Source: a virus (Duplodnaviria; Heunggongvirae; Uroviricota; Caudoviricetes). Taken from it: a stretch of DNA of 47,998 bases. The position numbers were made by a program, and so were the translations under genes. Where the stretch lies: IMG/VR virus record IMGVR_UViG_2687453188_000002; one strand, 5' to 3'. Positions 8,911-16,898 of this stretch are shown piece by piece; position 1 is the first letter of the stretch; each line of letters starts with the position of its first letter. Under the pieces are notes generated by a model. That model saw nothing but the letters and a program-made list of their open reading frames with translations. It made no database searches and was not told the origin of the DNA.

Positions 8911-10052
8911 ATAGTTTAACGGCAAATAACCGTTTGTCGCAACAGCTGGTGGTCAGCGTCGCTGAACACCTGTTGTTACGGCATGAATGCAGATTACCAA
9001 ATCACCTGGCTGTAAGTAACCACAGAGAACTTTACCTGACTGTGGGGGGCGAGTTGTGCAGGAACTTAACCGCTGGTTTCGTGACGGAAGAGGGCTTTAT
9101 GTCCATGTTATTCGTTGGGAGCCAGAAACACAGCGCGTTATCTATCTTCGCAAAGACTACCCGCATGAGTGCTTTAGTCCTTTGTGGAAATTCAGGCGTG
9201 ATTTTGTTGAGTGTGAAGGACCACCAGCATATTGATTCTGCAATTCCGGGACGTTACACTGTTCAGGCACCTTATAAAGCGGGTGCCGGGATTGGCGTCC
9301 TGAAATTCGCACATGCGCATAACCGCGCTTCAGCGGTTTTTTTGCGCACGTTTCCTCACATCCAAATTATGGTGGGGCGTGCAGGGGCATCGAAAGATGC
9401 GCCGGGGTCATGTGCGACCGGTTACGCCAACCCTGTACGTCTCACCACCTCTGTGATTGGCGTCCCATGTGGTGAGTTTTCAAAATTCGCACATGAGGAT
9501 GTCACTATGGCAACCACCCCTACCCAAACTCACCCTAAAATTGATGTTATCCATGGGAAGGCTGTTACCTCTTCTTTGGCCGTTGCCGAATATTTCTGCA
9601 AGCAGCACAAAAACGTTATTCAAAAAATCCAGACGCTTGAGTGCTCTGTTGAATTCACTGAGCTGAATTTTCAGCCCAGTGATTACACCGATTGCACAGG
9701 CCGCAAACTCCCTTGTTACCAAATCACCCGCGACGGTTTTGCGTTTCTTGCCATGGGCTTCACGGGGAAACGTGCTGCCCGGTTCAAAGAGGCATACATC
9801 AATGCCTTTAACCAGATGGAGAAACAGCTTTCAAATCCCTCTGTACTGAGCGACGTTGCACATAACGCCAGCGTTCTCTATTCCTACATTTCATCAATTC
9901 ATCAGGTCTGGCTGCAGCAGCTTTATCCCATGTTGGCAAAAGCCGAATCCCCGCTGGCTGTAAGTCTGTATGACCGCATCAACGACGCGGCGCTACTGGC
10001 CAGTCTCATAAATTTGTCGCTGAACCCTTCAGAGGTAAGGGGGCGCAAATGA
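8907..10052 (+). CDS. ORF with C-terminal Rha-type phage regulatory domain; N-terminal 200 aa of doubtful coding status
   Basis: ATG at 8907 overlaps the cII stop (ATGA). Residues from MATTPTQTHPKIDVIHGKAVTSSLAVAEYFCKQHKNVIQKIQTL (from about 9507) look like a Rha domain. The upstream part is low-complexity, contains direct repeats and a terminator-like hairpin, so the real Rha gene may start near 9507. Confidence 0.45.
   Translation: MNSLTANNRLSQQLVVSVAEHLLLRHECRLPNHLAVSNHRELYLTVGGELCRNLTAGFVTEEGFMSMLFVGSQKHSALSIFAKTTRMSALVLCGNSGVILLSVKDHQHIDSAIPGRYTVQAPYKAGAGIGVLKFAHAHNRASAVFLRTFPHIQIMVGRAGASKDAPGSCATGYANPVRLTTSVIGVPCGEFSKFAHEDVTMATTPTQTHPKIDVIHGKAVTSSLAVAEYFCKQHKNVIQKIQTLECSVEFTELNFQPSDYTDCTGRKLPCYQITRDGFAFLAMGFTGKRAARFKEAYINAFNQMEKQLSNPSVLSDVAHNASVLYSYISSIHQVWLQQLYPMLAKAESPLAVSLYDRINDAALLASLINLSLNPSEVRGRK
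9323..9343 (+). terminator. Possible short intrinsic terminator inside the 8907-10052 ORF
   Basis: ccgc-gcttca-gcgg followed by a run of 7 T. The stem is only 4 bp, so this is weak. Confidence 0.25.
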
Positions 10053-10269
10053 TCCGGAATATTTTCAAACGGTTTACCAATCATACTTTCCGTTGTCCTC
10101 GTCCGGGTCAGTGGTACACCACGCCTGCAGGGCATGTTCTACGTGTTAGCCTGGTTGACCGTGAATGTCAGAAGGTGATTTGTGAACCGCTGGGCCGTAA
10201 TTACCGCATCAGTATGCCGCTTATAGCCTTTTGCTCCGGAAAAAACATGAAGCATCTCGGAGGTGCAGC

Positions 10270-11088
10270 ATGAGTATGGAGCTGATGGTTAAAGCGATGA
10301 AAATTCGAGTGGGTAATCCATTGCGAAAACTGGTTCTGATCAAGCTGGCTGATAATGCCAGCGATCAGGGTGAGTGCTGGCCCAGCTACCAGCATATTGC
10401 TGACCAGTGCGAGATTAGCAAACGTTCTGTGATGAATCATATTGCGGCCCTTTGTGAGTCCGGGCTGGTAAAAAAAGTCACCCGGAAAGGTGAAAAAGGT
10501 AACTCAAGTAATATCTATCTCCTTCATCTTGATGGTGCAGGAGATTCACTAGGGGGTAGTGCAAATAATTCACTATCTGGTGCAGCAAATTCACCAGGTA
10601 GTGCAGGAGTTGCACCAGGGGGTGGTGCAGGAGATTCACCCAGAACCAGTCACTCTTTTGAACCAGTCAAAGAACCAGTCAATGAACCAATAGCTGTTGG
10701 TGCATCTGCTGATGAGTCTGTGCGAGTTCGTTCAAACCGACCGGAATACTCTCCGGAGTTTGAGCAGGCATGGCTGGCATACCCCAAACGTGCTGGTGGC
10801 AATTCAAAATCTGCAGCCTTCAAAGCCTGGAAAGCCCGTTTGAATGAGGGGGTAAAACCCGAAACCATGCTGGAAGGTGTGAAACGCTACGCGGGCTGGG
10901 TATCTGCGATGGGTAACAGCGGCACACAATTTGTGAAACAGGCTGTCACGTTCTTTGGTCCGGATCGTCATTTCGAAGAATCCTGGGAAGTTCCTGCGGT
11001 ATCTGCAGCCAGACGCGAGGACCCGTACTTCAAAGCCAGTTACGACAACGTGGACTACAGCCAGATCCCGGCAGGATTCAGGGGGTGA
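10270..11088 (+). CDS. Replication initiator O-like protein (HTH N-terminal domain) with internal origin iterons
   Basis: ATG at 10270 behind a GGAGG Shine-Dalgarno. N-terminal HTH (SYQHIADQCEISKRSVMNHIAALCESGLV), then a Gly/Ser/Ala linker encoded by iterons. Position after cII matches lambda O. Confidence 0.6.
   Translation: MSMELMVKAMKIRVGNPLRKLVLIKLADNASDQGECWPSYQHIADQCEISKRSVMNHIAALCESGLVKKVTRKGEKGNSSNIYLLHLDGAGDSLGGSANNSLSGAANSPGSAGVAPGGGAGDSPRTSHSFEPVKEPVNEPIAVGASADESVRVRSNRPEYSPEFEQAWLAYPKRAGGNSKSAAFKAWKARLNEGVKPETMLEGVKRYAGWVSAMGNSGTQFVKQAVTFFGPDRHFEESWEVPAVSAARREDPYFKASYDNVDYSQIPAGFRG
10534..10639. repeat. Iteron array (putative ori) inside the O-like gene
   Basis: About five imperfect 21-24-bp direct repeats of GGT(A)GTGCAG...ATTCAC; ggtgcaggagattcac is exact at 10534-10549 and 10624-10639. 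Analogous to the ori iterons inside lambda O. Confidence 0.6.
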
Positions 11089-11090
11089 TC

Positions 11091-11579
11091 ATGAGTCTTT
11101 TGAATGAAGTTCAGAAATTCATTGAAGCCCATCCGGGGTGTACTTCCGGAGACATTGCGGATGCTTTTGCAGGTTACTCACGGCAGCGCGTTCTGCAGTC
11201 AGCAAGCAAGTTACGTCAGAGTGGGCGTGTGGCTCACCGTTGTGAAGGAGATACACGCAGACATTTCCCGCGCCTGACTGAGAGAGCACAGGAGCCGGAA
11301 CCACAACCAGTTCGTGAAACCAGACCTGTGCGCAATTTCTGTGTCGGCACTAACGACCCGCAGGTGATTTTGTGCCTGACTCGCCAGGCGGAAGAACTGG
11401 AGTCCAGGGGCTTATTCCGTCGAGCTGCAACGGTGTGGATGGAGGCATTCCGTGAAAGCCACTCCCAGCCAGAACGAAACAATTTTCTGGCGCATCGTGA
11501 GCGGTGCTTACGGAAAAGCAGCAAGCGCGCTGCATCGGGTGAAGAGTGGTATCTGTCAGGGAATTACGTGGGGGCTTAA
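11091..11579 (+). CDS. Hypothetical regulator, possibly PerC-family
   Basis: 162 aa from ATG at 11091. The segment ELESRGLFRRAATVWMEAF resembles the PerC-family motif as I recall it. Low certainty. Confidence 0.35.
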   Translation: MSLLNEVQKFIEAHPGCTSGDIADAFAGYSRQRVLQSASKLRQSGRVAHRCEGDTRRHFPRLTERAQEPEPQPVRETRPVRNFCVGTNDPQVILCLTRQAEELESRGLFRRAATVWMEAFRESHSQPERNNFLAHRERCLRKSSKRAASGEEWYLSGNYVGA

Positions 11580-12232
11580 TGAGTAATAAATATTGCCAGG
11601 CGCTGGTGGAGCTGCGGAACAAACCAGCCCATGAACTGAAGGAAGTGGGCGATCAGTGGCGCACGCCGGACAACATTTTCTGGGGAATTAACACCCTGTT
11701 TGGCCCGTTTGTTCTGGATCTGTTCACTGATGGTGATAACGCCAAATGTGCCGCTTATTACACTGCGGAAGACAATGCGCTGGCGCATGACTGGTCAGAA
11801 CGTCTTGCGGAGCTTAAAGGTGCTGCCTTTGGTAATCCCCCGTACAGCCGCGCCAGTCAGCATGAGGGGCAATACATCACCGGCATGCGTTACATCATGA
11901 AACATGCCAGTGCTATGCGTGATAAAGGCGGGCGCTATGTTTTCCTGATCAAAGCTGCCACCAGCGAAGTGTGGTGGCCGGAAGATGCAGACCATATTGC
12001 TTTTATTCGCGGGCGTATTGGTTTTGAACTGCCTGCCTGGTTTATCCCGAAAGACGAAAAGCAGGTGCCAACAGGTGCTTTCTTCGCTGGTGCTATTGCT
12101 GTTTTCGACAAGACCTGGAAGGGACCGGCAATCAGCTACATAGGGCGCGATGAACTTGAGGCATGTGGTGAGGCGTTTCTGGCGCAGGTTCGCCAGCAGG
12201 CGGAAAAACTGGTCAGGGAGATGGCGGCATGA
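11579..12232 (+). CDS. Phage N6-adenine DNA methyltransferase (Dam-type)
   Basis: NPPY catalytic motif (AFGNPPYS) and typical phage Dam-family layout; ATG at 11579. Confidence 0.75.
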   Translation: MSNKYCQALVELRNKPAHELKEVGDQWRTPDNIFWGINTLFGPFVLDLFTDGDNAKCAAYYTAEDNALAHDWSERLAELKGAAFGNPPYSRASQHEGQYITGMRYIMKHASAMRDKGGRYVFLIKAATSEVWWPEDADHIAFIRGRIGFELPAWFIPKDEKQVPTGAFFAGAIAVFDKTWKGPAISYIGRDELEACGEAFLAQVRQQAEKLVREMAA

Positions 12233-12555
12233 CGACGTTAACTCAATGCCAGCAGCAGGTGCTGGATATGCTGATTTCTTATCAGAAAGAACGTGGCTTC
12301 CCGCCAACCAATCAGGAGGTGGCAACCATGCTGGGATACCGTTCGGTGAATGCAGCGGTGGAGCATCTTCGCGCACTGGAGAAAAAAGGCGTCATCACGA
12401 TAAAGCGTGGCGTGGCCCGGGGGATAACGCTTCATACTGCGATGAAGGACGACGACAGCGAGGCGGTCGGGATTATCCGCGCACTGCTTGCCGGTGAGGA
12501 AAACGCAAGGCTGCGTGCAACCCACTGGTTACATGAGAGGGGCCTGAAAGTATGA
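12229..12555 (+). CDS. LexA-like DNA-binding-domain protein lacking the S24 peptidase domain
   Basis: 108 aa. The N-terminal 70 aa align by eye with the LexA DNA-binding domain (LTxxQQxVxDxIxxxxxxxGFPPTxxExAxxLGYRSxNAAxEHLxALxKKGVIxIxxGxARGIxL); the ORF ends before any Ser/Lys peptidase domain. Confidence 0.6.
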   Translation: MTTLTQCQQQVLDMLISYQKERGFPPTNQEVATMLGYRSVNAAVEHLRALEKKGVITIKRGVARGITLHTAMKDDDSEAVGIIRALLAGEENARLRATHWLHERGLKV

Positions 12556-12947
12556 AGCTAATACTGCCTTTTCCGCCCAGCGTGAACACGTACTGGCGAC
12601 ACCCCAACAAAGGGGCGTTTGCTGGTAAGAGCCTGATAAGCGCGGCGGGGCGAAAATTCCAGAGCGCGGCGTGTGCAGCAATAGTTGAGCAGTTACGTCG
12701 TCTGCCGAAACCAACGTCGGCACCTGCTTCAGTGGAGATCGTGTTGTTTCCTCCGGATAACCGGATCCGCGATCTGGACAACTATAACAAGGCGCTGTTT
12801 GACGCCCTGACCCACGCGGGTGTGTGGGAAGACGACAGTCAGGTGAAAAGAATGCTGGTGGAGTGGGGACCGGTTATCCCGGAGGGGAAGGTCGAGATCA
12901 CTATCAGTAAGTACGAAAAAGCGAGTTGCAAATTAGCAACTCGGTAA
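12552..12947 (+). CDS. rusA: RusA Holliday-junction resolvase
   Basis: 131 aa with the RusA-family pattern (LPxPPSxNxYxR ... RDLDNxxKAxFDALTxAGxWxDDxQV). Confidence 0.8.
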   Translation: MKLILPFPPSVNTYWRHPNKGAFAGKSLISAAGRKFQSAACAAIVEQLRRLPKPTSAPASVEIVLFPPDNRIRDLDNYNKALFDALTHAGVWEDDSQVKRMLVEWGPVIPEGKVEITISKYEKASCKLATR

Positions 12948-12992
12948 CGGAATTGAGCAACACCCTAAATTTGGGTATTACCTCGTTAAAGA

Positions 12993-13012
12993 TACTGTAT
13001 TTATGAACAGTG
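12993..13012. promoter_or_regulatory. LexA (SOS) box upstream of the KilA-N gene
   Basis: tACTGTatttatgaACAGtg is a perfect CTGT-N8-ACAG match to the E. coli LexA-box consensus, about 100 bp upstream of the ATG at 13110. Confidence 0.65.
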
Positions 13013-13109
13013 TATCCTTGATAACTATTAAAAATCGCAGTAAGTTCATCCTGCATCAACGAAAAGGGAGTGCAGTCCCGCTCGTGGATAAAAATTTGTG
13101 GAGAAACCA

Positions 13110-13925
13110 ATGAATCAGTTGCTTGTAATTGATGGCGTTTCTGTGCGCCAGTACTTCGAATCTAACTACTGTCTTAACGACCTTCAGAAAGCTGCTCTTC
13201 TTGCCGCTGGTGAGAATCGCTCCTCCCGTTCGCTGGAAGTTCACGAGTTTATGCGTCGTCCTGAAACGAAGGCTCTTGTGGAATTATTGGAAGAAGAAAC
13301 TACGGGAGATTCCCGTAGTATTCCTGTCATCACCATTCAGGGGCGCAATGGTGGGACGTATGTCTGTAAAGAGCTGGTCTATGCATATGCAATGTGGATC
13401 AGCCCGGCATTCAGCTTAAAAGTGATACGTACTTTTGATGCGCTTCATAATTCATCACCAGAAGAAACCACATCCGACAAAATTAAATCCGGGGTCATTC
13501 TGCTTGAATCAGCAGCAAAGACTCTAAATCTGTCAAACTCCTCGAAACTTGGTGCATACCAGAAATTATCAAAGGTAGCTGGTCTTCCTGAACTTATGCC
13601 GATCTATGCCATTGATGCACCTGCTGATGCGCCAGATGGTTCAAGCCGCCCTACGCTGTCGCTGAGTGCACTGCTGAAGCAGTATGGTATCCGCCTGACG
13701 GCTAATCAGGCATATCACCAGATGGTGAAGCTGGGGATCGTCGAGCAGCGCGAACGATACAGCCGTACCGCGATTAACAACATCAAAAAATTCTGGTCGC
13801 TGACAGCGAAAGGCTGCATGTTCGGCAAGAACATCACCAGTCCCGCAAATCCGCGCGAGACGCAGCCGCATTTCTTCGAATCCCGATTCCCTGAGCTGTT
13901 AAAGCTGCTCGATACCGTTCATTGA
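13110..13925 (+). CDS. KilA-N domain protein (antirepressor-like)
   Basis: ATG at 13110 behind a GGAG Shine-Dalgarno. N-terminal region (IQGRNGGTYVCKELVYAYAMWISPAFSLKVIRTFDAL) resembles the KilA-N DNA-binding domain. Confidence 0.55.
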   Translation: MNQLLVIDGVSVRQYFESNYCLNDLQKAALLAAGENRSSRSLEVHEFMRRPETKALVELLEEETTGDSRSIPVITIQGRNGGTYVCKELVYAYAMWISPAFSLKVIRTFDALHNSSPEETTSDKIKSGVILLESAAKTLNLSNSSKLGAYQKLSKVAGLPELMPIYAIDAPADAPDGSSRPTLSLSALLKQYGIRLTANQAYHQMVKLGIVEQRERYSRTAINNIKKFWSLTAKGCMFGKNITSPANPRETQPHFFESRFPELLKLLDTVH

Positions 13926-13926
13926 G

Positions 13927-14922
13927 GTGACCGTGAGAGCACTACTGACCCCTGAAATTGCCCCGCGTATGGGGATCGTATTGTTCAGACCAGGTTCAGA
14001 GCTGATGCCCTTGTTTATGCAGGGGCGTGTCTTGCTGGAGCCTGAGCCGGAACGTTATTCATCTTTCGCCAGTGGTGCCGTTCCGGCGGCATCACAACCG
14101 CTGGCGGATGATCCTGCCGTTCGGGCCGTGTTCCGTAATGAGGCAGTGATCCGTCGTGCTGGTGGCGTGGAATGTCTTGAAAGCTGGTTACTTCGTGAAA
14201 AAGGCTGCCAGTGGCCTCATTCCGACTGGCACAGCGAGAACATGACAACAATGCGACACGCTCCGGGCGCAATCCGTTTGTGCTGGCACTGCGATAACCA
14301 GCTGCGCGATCAGTTCACGGAACGGCTGGAATCAATGGCAACGGATAACAGTGCCCGCTGGGTGTTGTCTGTTGTGCGTCGGGATCTCGGTTTTGATGAC
14401 AGTCATGTTGTGACAATGCCGGAACTGTGCTGGTGGCTGATTCGTAATGATCTGGCGGATGCCTTACCGGAAAGTGCAGCCCGTAAGGCACTGAGATTAC
14501 CGAAGCCTGTTGTGCCGTCTGTTACCCGGGAAAGTGACCTTGTGCCTTCGGTTCCTGCCACCAGCATCATCCAGGATAAGGCGAAAAAGGTGCTGGCGCT
14601 GAAAGTGGATCCGGAGTCGCCGGAGTCTTTTATGTTACGCCCCAAACGTCGCCGCTGGGTTAATGAAAAGTACACGCGCTGGGTTAAGACGCAGCCGTGC
14701 GCATGTTGTGGAAAACCTGCTGATGATCCCCACCACCTGATAGGTCACGGTCAGGGTGGAATGGCTACAAAAGCGCATGACCTCTTTGTGTTGCCTTTGT
14801 GCAGAAAGCATCACGACGAGCTGCATGCGGATACCGTGGCATTTGAAGAGAAGTATGGCTCCCAGCTGGAGCTGATATTTCGTTTTATCGATCGTGCACT
14901 GGCAATTGGCGTGCTGGCCTGA
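13927..14922 (+). CDS. DUF968-like prophage protein with C-terminal Cys/His cluster
   Basis: 331-aa ORF. C-terminus (CACCGKPADDPHHLIGHGQGGMATKAHDLFVLPLCRKHHDELH) is like DUF968 proteins of E. coli prophages. Start codon uncertain (GTG at 13927 or a downstream ATG). Confidence 0.5.
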   Translation: MTVRALLTPEIAPRMGIVLFRPGSELMPLFMQGRVLLEPEPERYSSFASGAVPAASQPLADDPAVRAVFRNEAVIRRAGGVECLESWLLREKGCQWPHSDWHSENMTTMRHAPGAIRLCWHCDNQLRDQFTERLESMATDNSARWVLSVVRRDLGFDDSHVVTMPELCWWLIRNDLADALPESAARKALRLPKPVVPSVTRESDLVPSVPATSIIQDKAKKVLALKVDPESPESFMLRPKRRRWVNEKYTRWVKTQPCACCGKPADDPHHLIGHGQGGMATKAHDLFVLPLCRKHHDELHADTVAFEEKYGSQLELIFRFIDRALAIGVLA

Positions 14923-14936
14923 TTTTGTGGAGAAAG

Positions 14937-15281
14937 TTGATGCGTGATATGTATGAAGTATTGGACCGCTGGGGTGCATGGGCTGCAGCAGATAACAGTG
15001 GTGTGGACTGGCAGCCTGTTGCTGCAGGGTTTAAAGGTTTACTACCTCATGGAAAGAAAACACGCCAACAATGCGATGATGATGAAGGAATCATGATTGA
15101 CAGCTGTGTTGCGCGATTGCGGAAATATAAGCCCGAAGAGTATGAGTTGGTTATTGCTCATTTTGTTATCGGCATCTCACTAAGAACTATTGCAAAGAAG
15201 CAGAAGTGTTCTGATGGGACAATAAGAAAAGAGTTGCAAACAGCTCTTGGTTTTCTGGATGGTGTGCTTTCAATGTTGTAA
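14937..15281 (+). CDS. Late-gene antiterminator Q (small QuuD-type)
   Basis: 114 aa from ATG at 14937 behind a GGAG Shine-Dalgarno. Pattern RWGAWAA ... AAGFKGL ... CDDDE ... CSDGTIRKEL resembles the DLP12 QuuD-type family as I recall it. Confidence 0.65.
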   Translation: MMRDMYEVLDRWGAWAAADNSGVDWQPVAAGFKGLLPHGKKTRQQCDDDEGIMIDSCVARLRKYKPEEYELVIAHFVIGISLRTIAKKQKCSDGTIRKELQTALGFLDGVLSML

Positions 15282-15293
15282 TATTAGGGGGAA

Positions 15294-15842
15294 TTACCCC
15301 CCTTTTTTTCTCTGTTGCTTTAATAAAATTTTAATATTTTGTCTGATTATGATGAGGCAATGTAATAAAAGAAATACCGTTAGTATTGCAAGCCATACGC
15401 AAAATAAGCATGCATATAAATTAGTTGAAAGTCCAATAGTGAATTGTGCAATTGCTGTTGTGATAGAACATAATATTGATGTATTAATAAATGAGGATAA
15501 ATTGTCTAAAGGTTTATAAAGTACACTATCATTGATTTTGTCAATAGGTATACCAGTGGCAATGCTATAAATTTCCTTATATTCCTGAGTTGCAAAAACC
15601 TTATCGCGTAAATTTATTATAACAAAGGTATGCAGGCTCAATAAAAATGAGCCCACGGAAATAAAACCGGAGAAGAGATAGCCTCGTAAGTTTTTATGAT
15701 AAAAATCAAAAAAGTTAACACTTACTTTAGGTGTGTTTCTGTACAATAGGTAAAGTGCAAGCAATGCCAGGATCGAGAATGCAAGCAGTGTAAGGTACTG
15801 ATACCTCAATCTTTTATTTATTAGCCATTCATATAAAGGCAT
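15294..15842 (-). CDS. Hypothetical multi-pass membrane protein, second gene of AT-rich cassette
   Basis: 182 aa with about four hydrophobic helices (YLTLLAFSILALLALYLLY; LFSGFISVGSFLLSLHTFVIINL; ILCSITTAIAQFTIGL; LYACLFCVWLAILTVFLLLHCLIII). Its ATG (15840-15842) lies 11 nt before the upstream gene's TGA, a 14-nt overlap. Confidence 0.6.
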   Translation of the reverse strand: MPLYEWLINKRLRYQYLTLLAFSILALLALYLLYRNTPKVSVNFFDFYHKNLRGYLFSGFISVGSFLLSLHTFVIINLRDKVFATQEYKEIYSIATGIPIDKINDSVLYKPLDNLSSFINTSILCSITTAIAQFTIGLSTNLYACLFCVWLAILTVFLLLHCLIIIRQNIKILLKQQRKKGG

Positions 15843-16755
15843 TTTTATTCGTCCCGTTCAGCATTTCTTCTTTTATCATATCAAAAACAGGGTTTGTTGT
15901 ATAATTATCGTTTGTCAATCCATTGACTTTATCGGCAATTATATCGAAATCGTATGTTTCAAAAAAAACAGGGCAGTTCATAAAATCAATGGTTTTTTCT
16001 ATTCCTGCATGGTTTACTGCAATAACCTGTGCTTTAGCAACTCCACTCATAGAATTATAAATATTTGAAAGATTCTGAGATAGTTGTTGCACTTTTGTTC
16101 TGTCGCTAGAATTAAAATTCATATCTATTGTGGTGGTGTTAACAAATTGTTCAAGCGCAGTCATTGGTCCACCTTTAAAATCTATATAATTAAATTTAAA
16201 GCTTGTGCTTTTAATCTCTTTGAATTGACATAAAACACTCTGAATGTTGTTTTTATTTGTCATAAGGCTGAAAGTCAGTCTTTCTTTGTATTTTTTATTT
16301 ATTGCAGTTACTTCTTTTTGTTTTGGTTTATCACCAAGTTTTTTTATTTCTTCTTTATTTTGATTTCTGATAAATTCATTACTTATTGTTTCTAAATGAG
16401 AAAAGAGAGTGTTCAGACTGCATGAACCGTGGTGATACATATAGAGACCAGAAAGATTAGATTTTTTAATTAAGAAAAAGTTGAAATTAGCAAGTTTGTC
16501 ACTTCCTTGAAGATCTTCAATTTTAAGCTGGAATTTACCATCAACAAATTGCGACTTACAGTTCTTTTTTTGGTTTCTGAATGTGACAACTAATCCATAA
16601 TAGAAATCATTCACATCCGAAATGAGAATTTTACGAGTATAGTCTGTGCGACTGTGTTCTCTGTTTGATGCGTTGATAAAAGCATTCATTACGTCAACGG
16701 TATTAATATTTTTGTTATTGTTATTTATTGTAAATCCTATGCTTCTAACTTTCAT
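15829..16755 (-). CDS. Hypothetical Asn-rich soluble protein, first gene of AT-rich two-gene cassette
   Basis: 308-aa ORF, ATG at 16753-16755. Strongly AT-rich and Asn/Lys-rich codon usage unlike the surrounding phage genes. No Walker, HD or other motif recognised. Confidence 0.6.
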   Translation of the reverse strand: MKVRSIGFTINNNNKNINTVDVMNAFINASNREHSRTDYTRKILISDVNDFYYGLVVTFRNQKKNCKSQFVDGKFQLKIEDLQGSDKLANFNFFLIKKSNLSGLYMYHHGSCSLNTLFSHLETISNEFIRNQNKEEIKKLGDKPKQKEVTAINKKYKERLTFSLMTNKNNIQSVLCQFKEIKSTSFKFNYIDFKGGPMTALEQFVNTTTIDMNFNSSDRTKVQQLSQNLSNIYNSMSGVAKAQVIAVNHAGIEKTIDFMNCPVFFETYDFDIIADKVNGLTNDNYTTNPVFDMIKEEMLNGTNKNAFI

Positions 16756-16880
16756 GTGTATTCCAGGACCGACTAAAGATAGCGAGAATGGGGACGCATA
16801 GTTTATAAAAATCCTAACGCGTACGCAAAAAGTATTATATCGTGTTAAGAGTGGTTACTTCGCCACACAACTTAAACCCG

Positions 16881-16898
16881 CCGCTGAGCGGTTTTTTT
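16881..16898 (+). terminator. Possible short intrinsic terminator (candidate tR'-like element)
   Basis: ccgc-tga-gcgg hairpin followed by 7 T, between the AT-rich cassette and the downstream plus-strand genes. Short stem, weak. Confidence 0.3.

Noticed and set aside
10650-10868. 72-aa minus-strand ORF inside the O-like gene
   Set aside because: Antisense to the iteron/linker region of the O-like gene; low-complexity Ser/Gly/Thr-rich artefact.
12473-12781. 102-aa and 64-aa minus-strand ORFs overlapping the LexA-like and rusA genes
   Set aside because: Antisense to two plus-strand genes with clear family motifs and good start contexts; no independent support.
15247-15519. 90-aa plus-strand ORF downstream of Q
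   Set aside because: Overlaps the membrane-protein gene of the AT-rich cassette on the opposite strand. Its Phe/Cys/Asn-rich translation is what AT-rich antisense produces.
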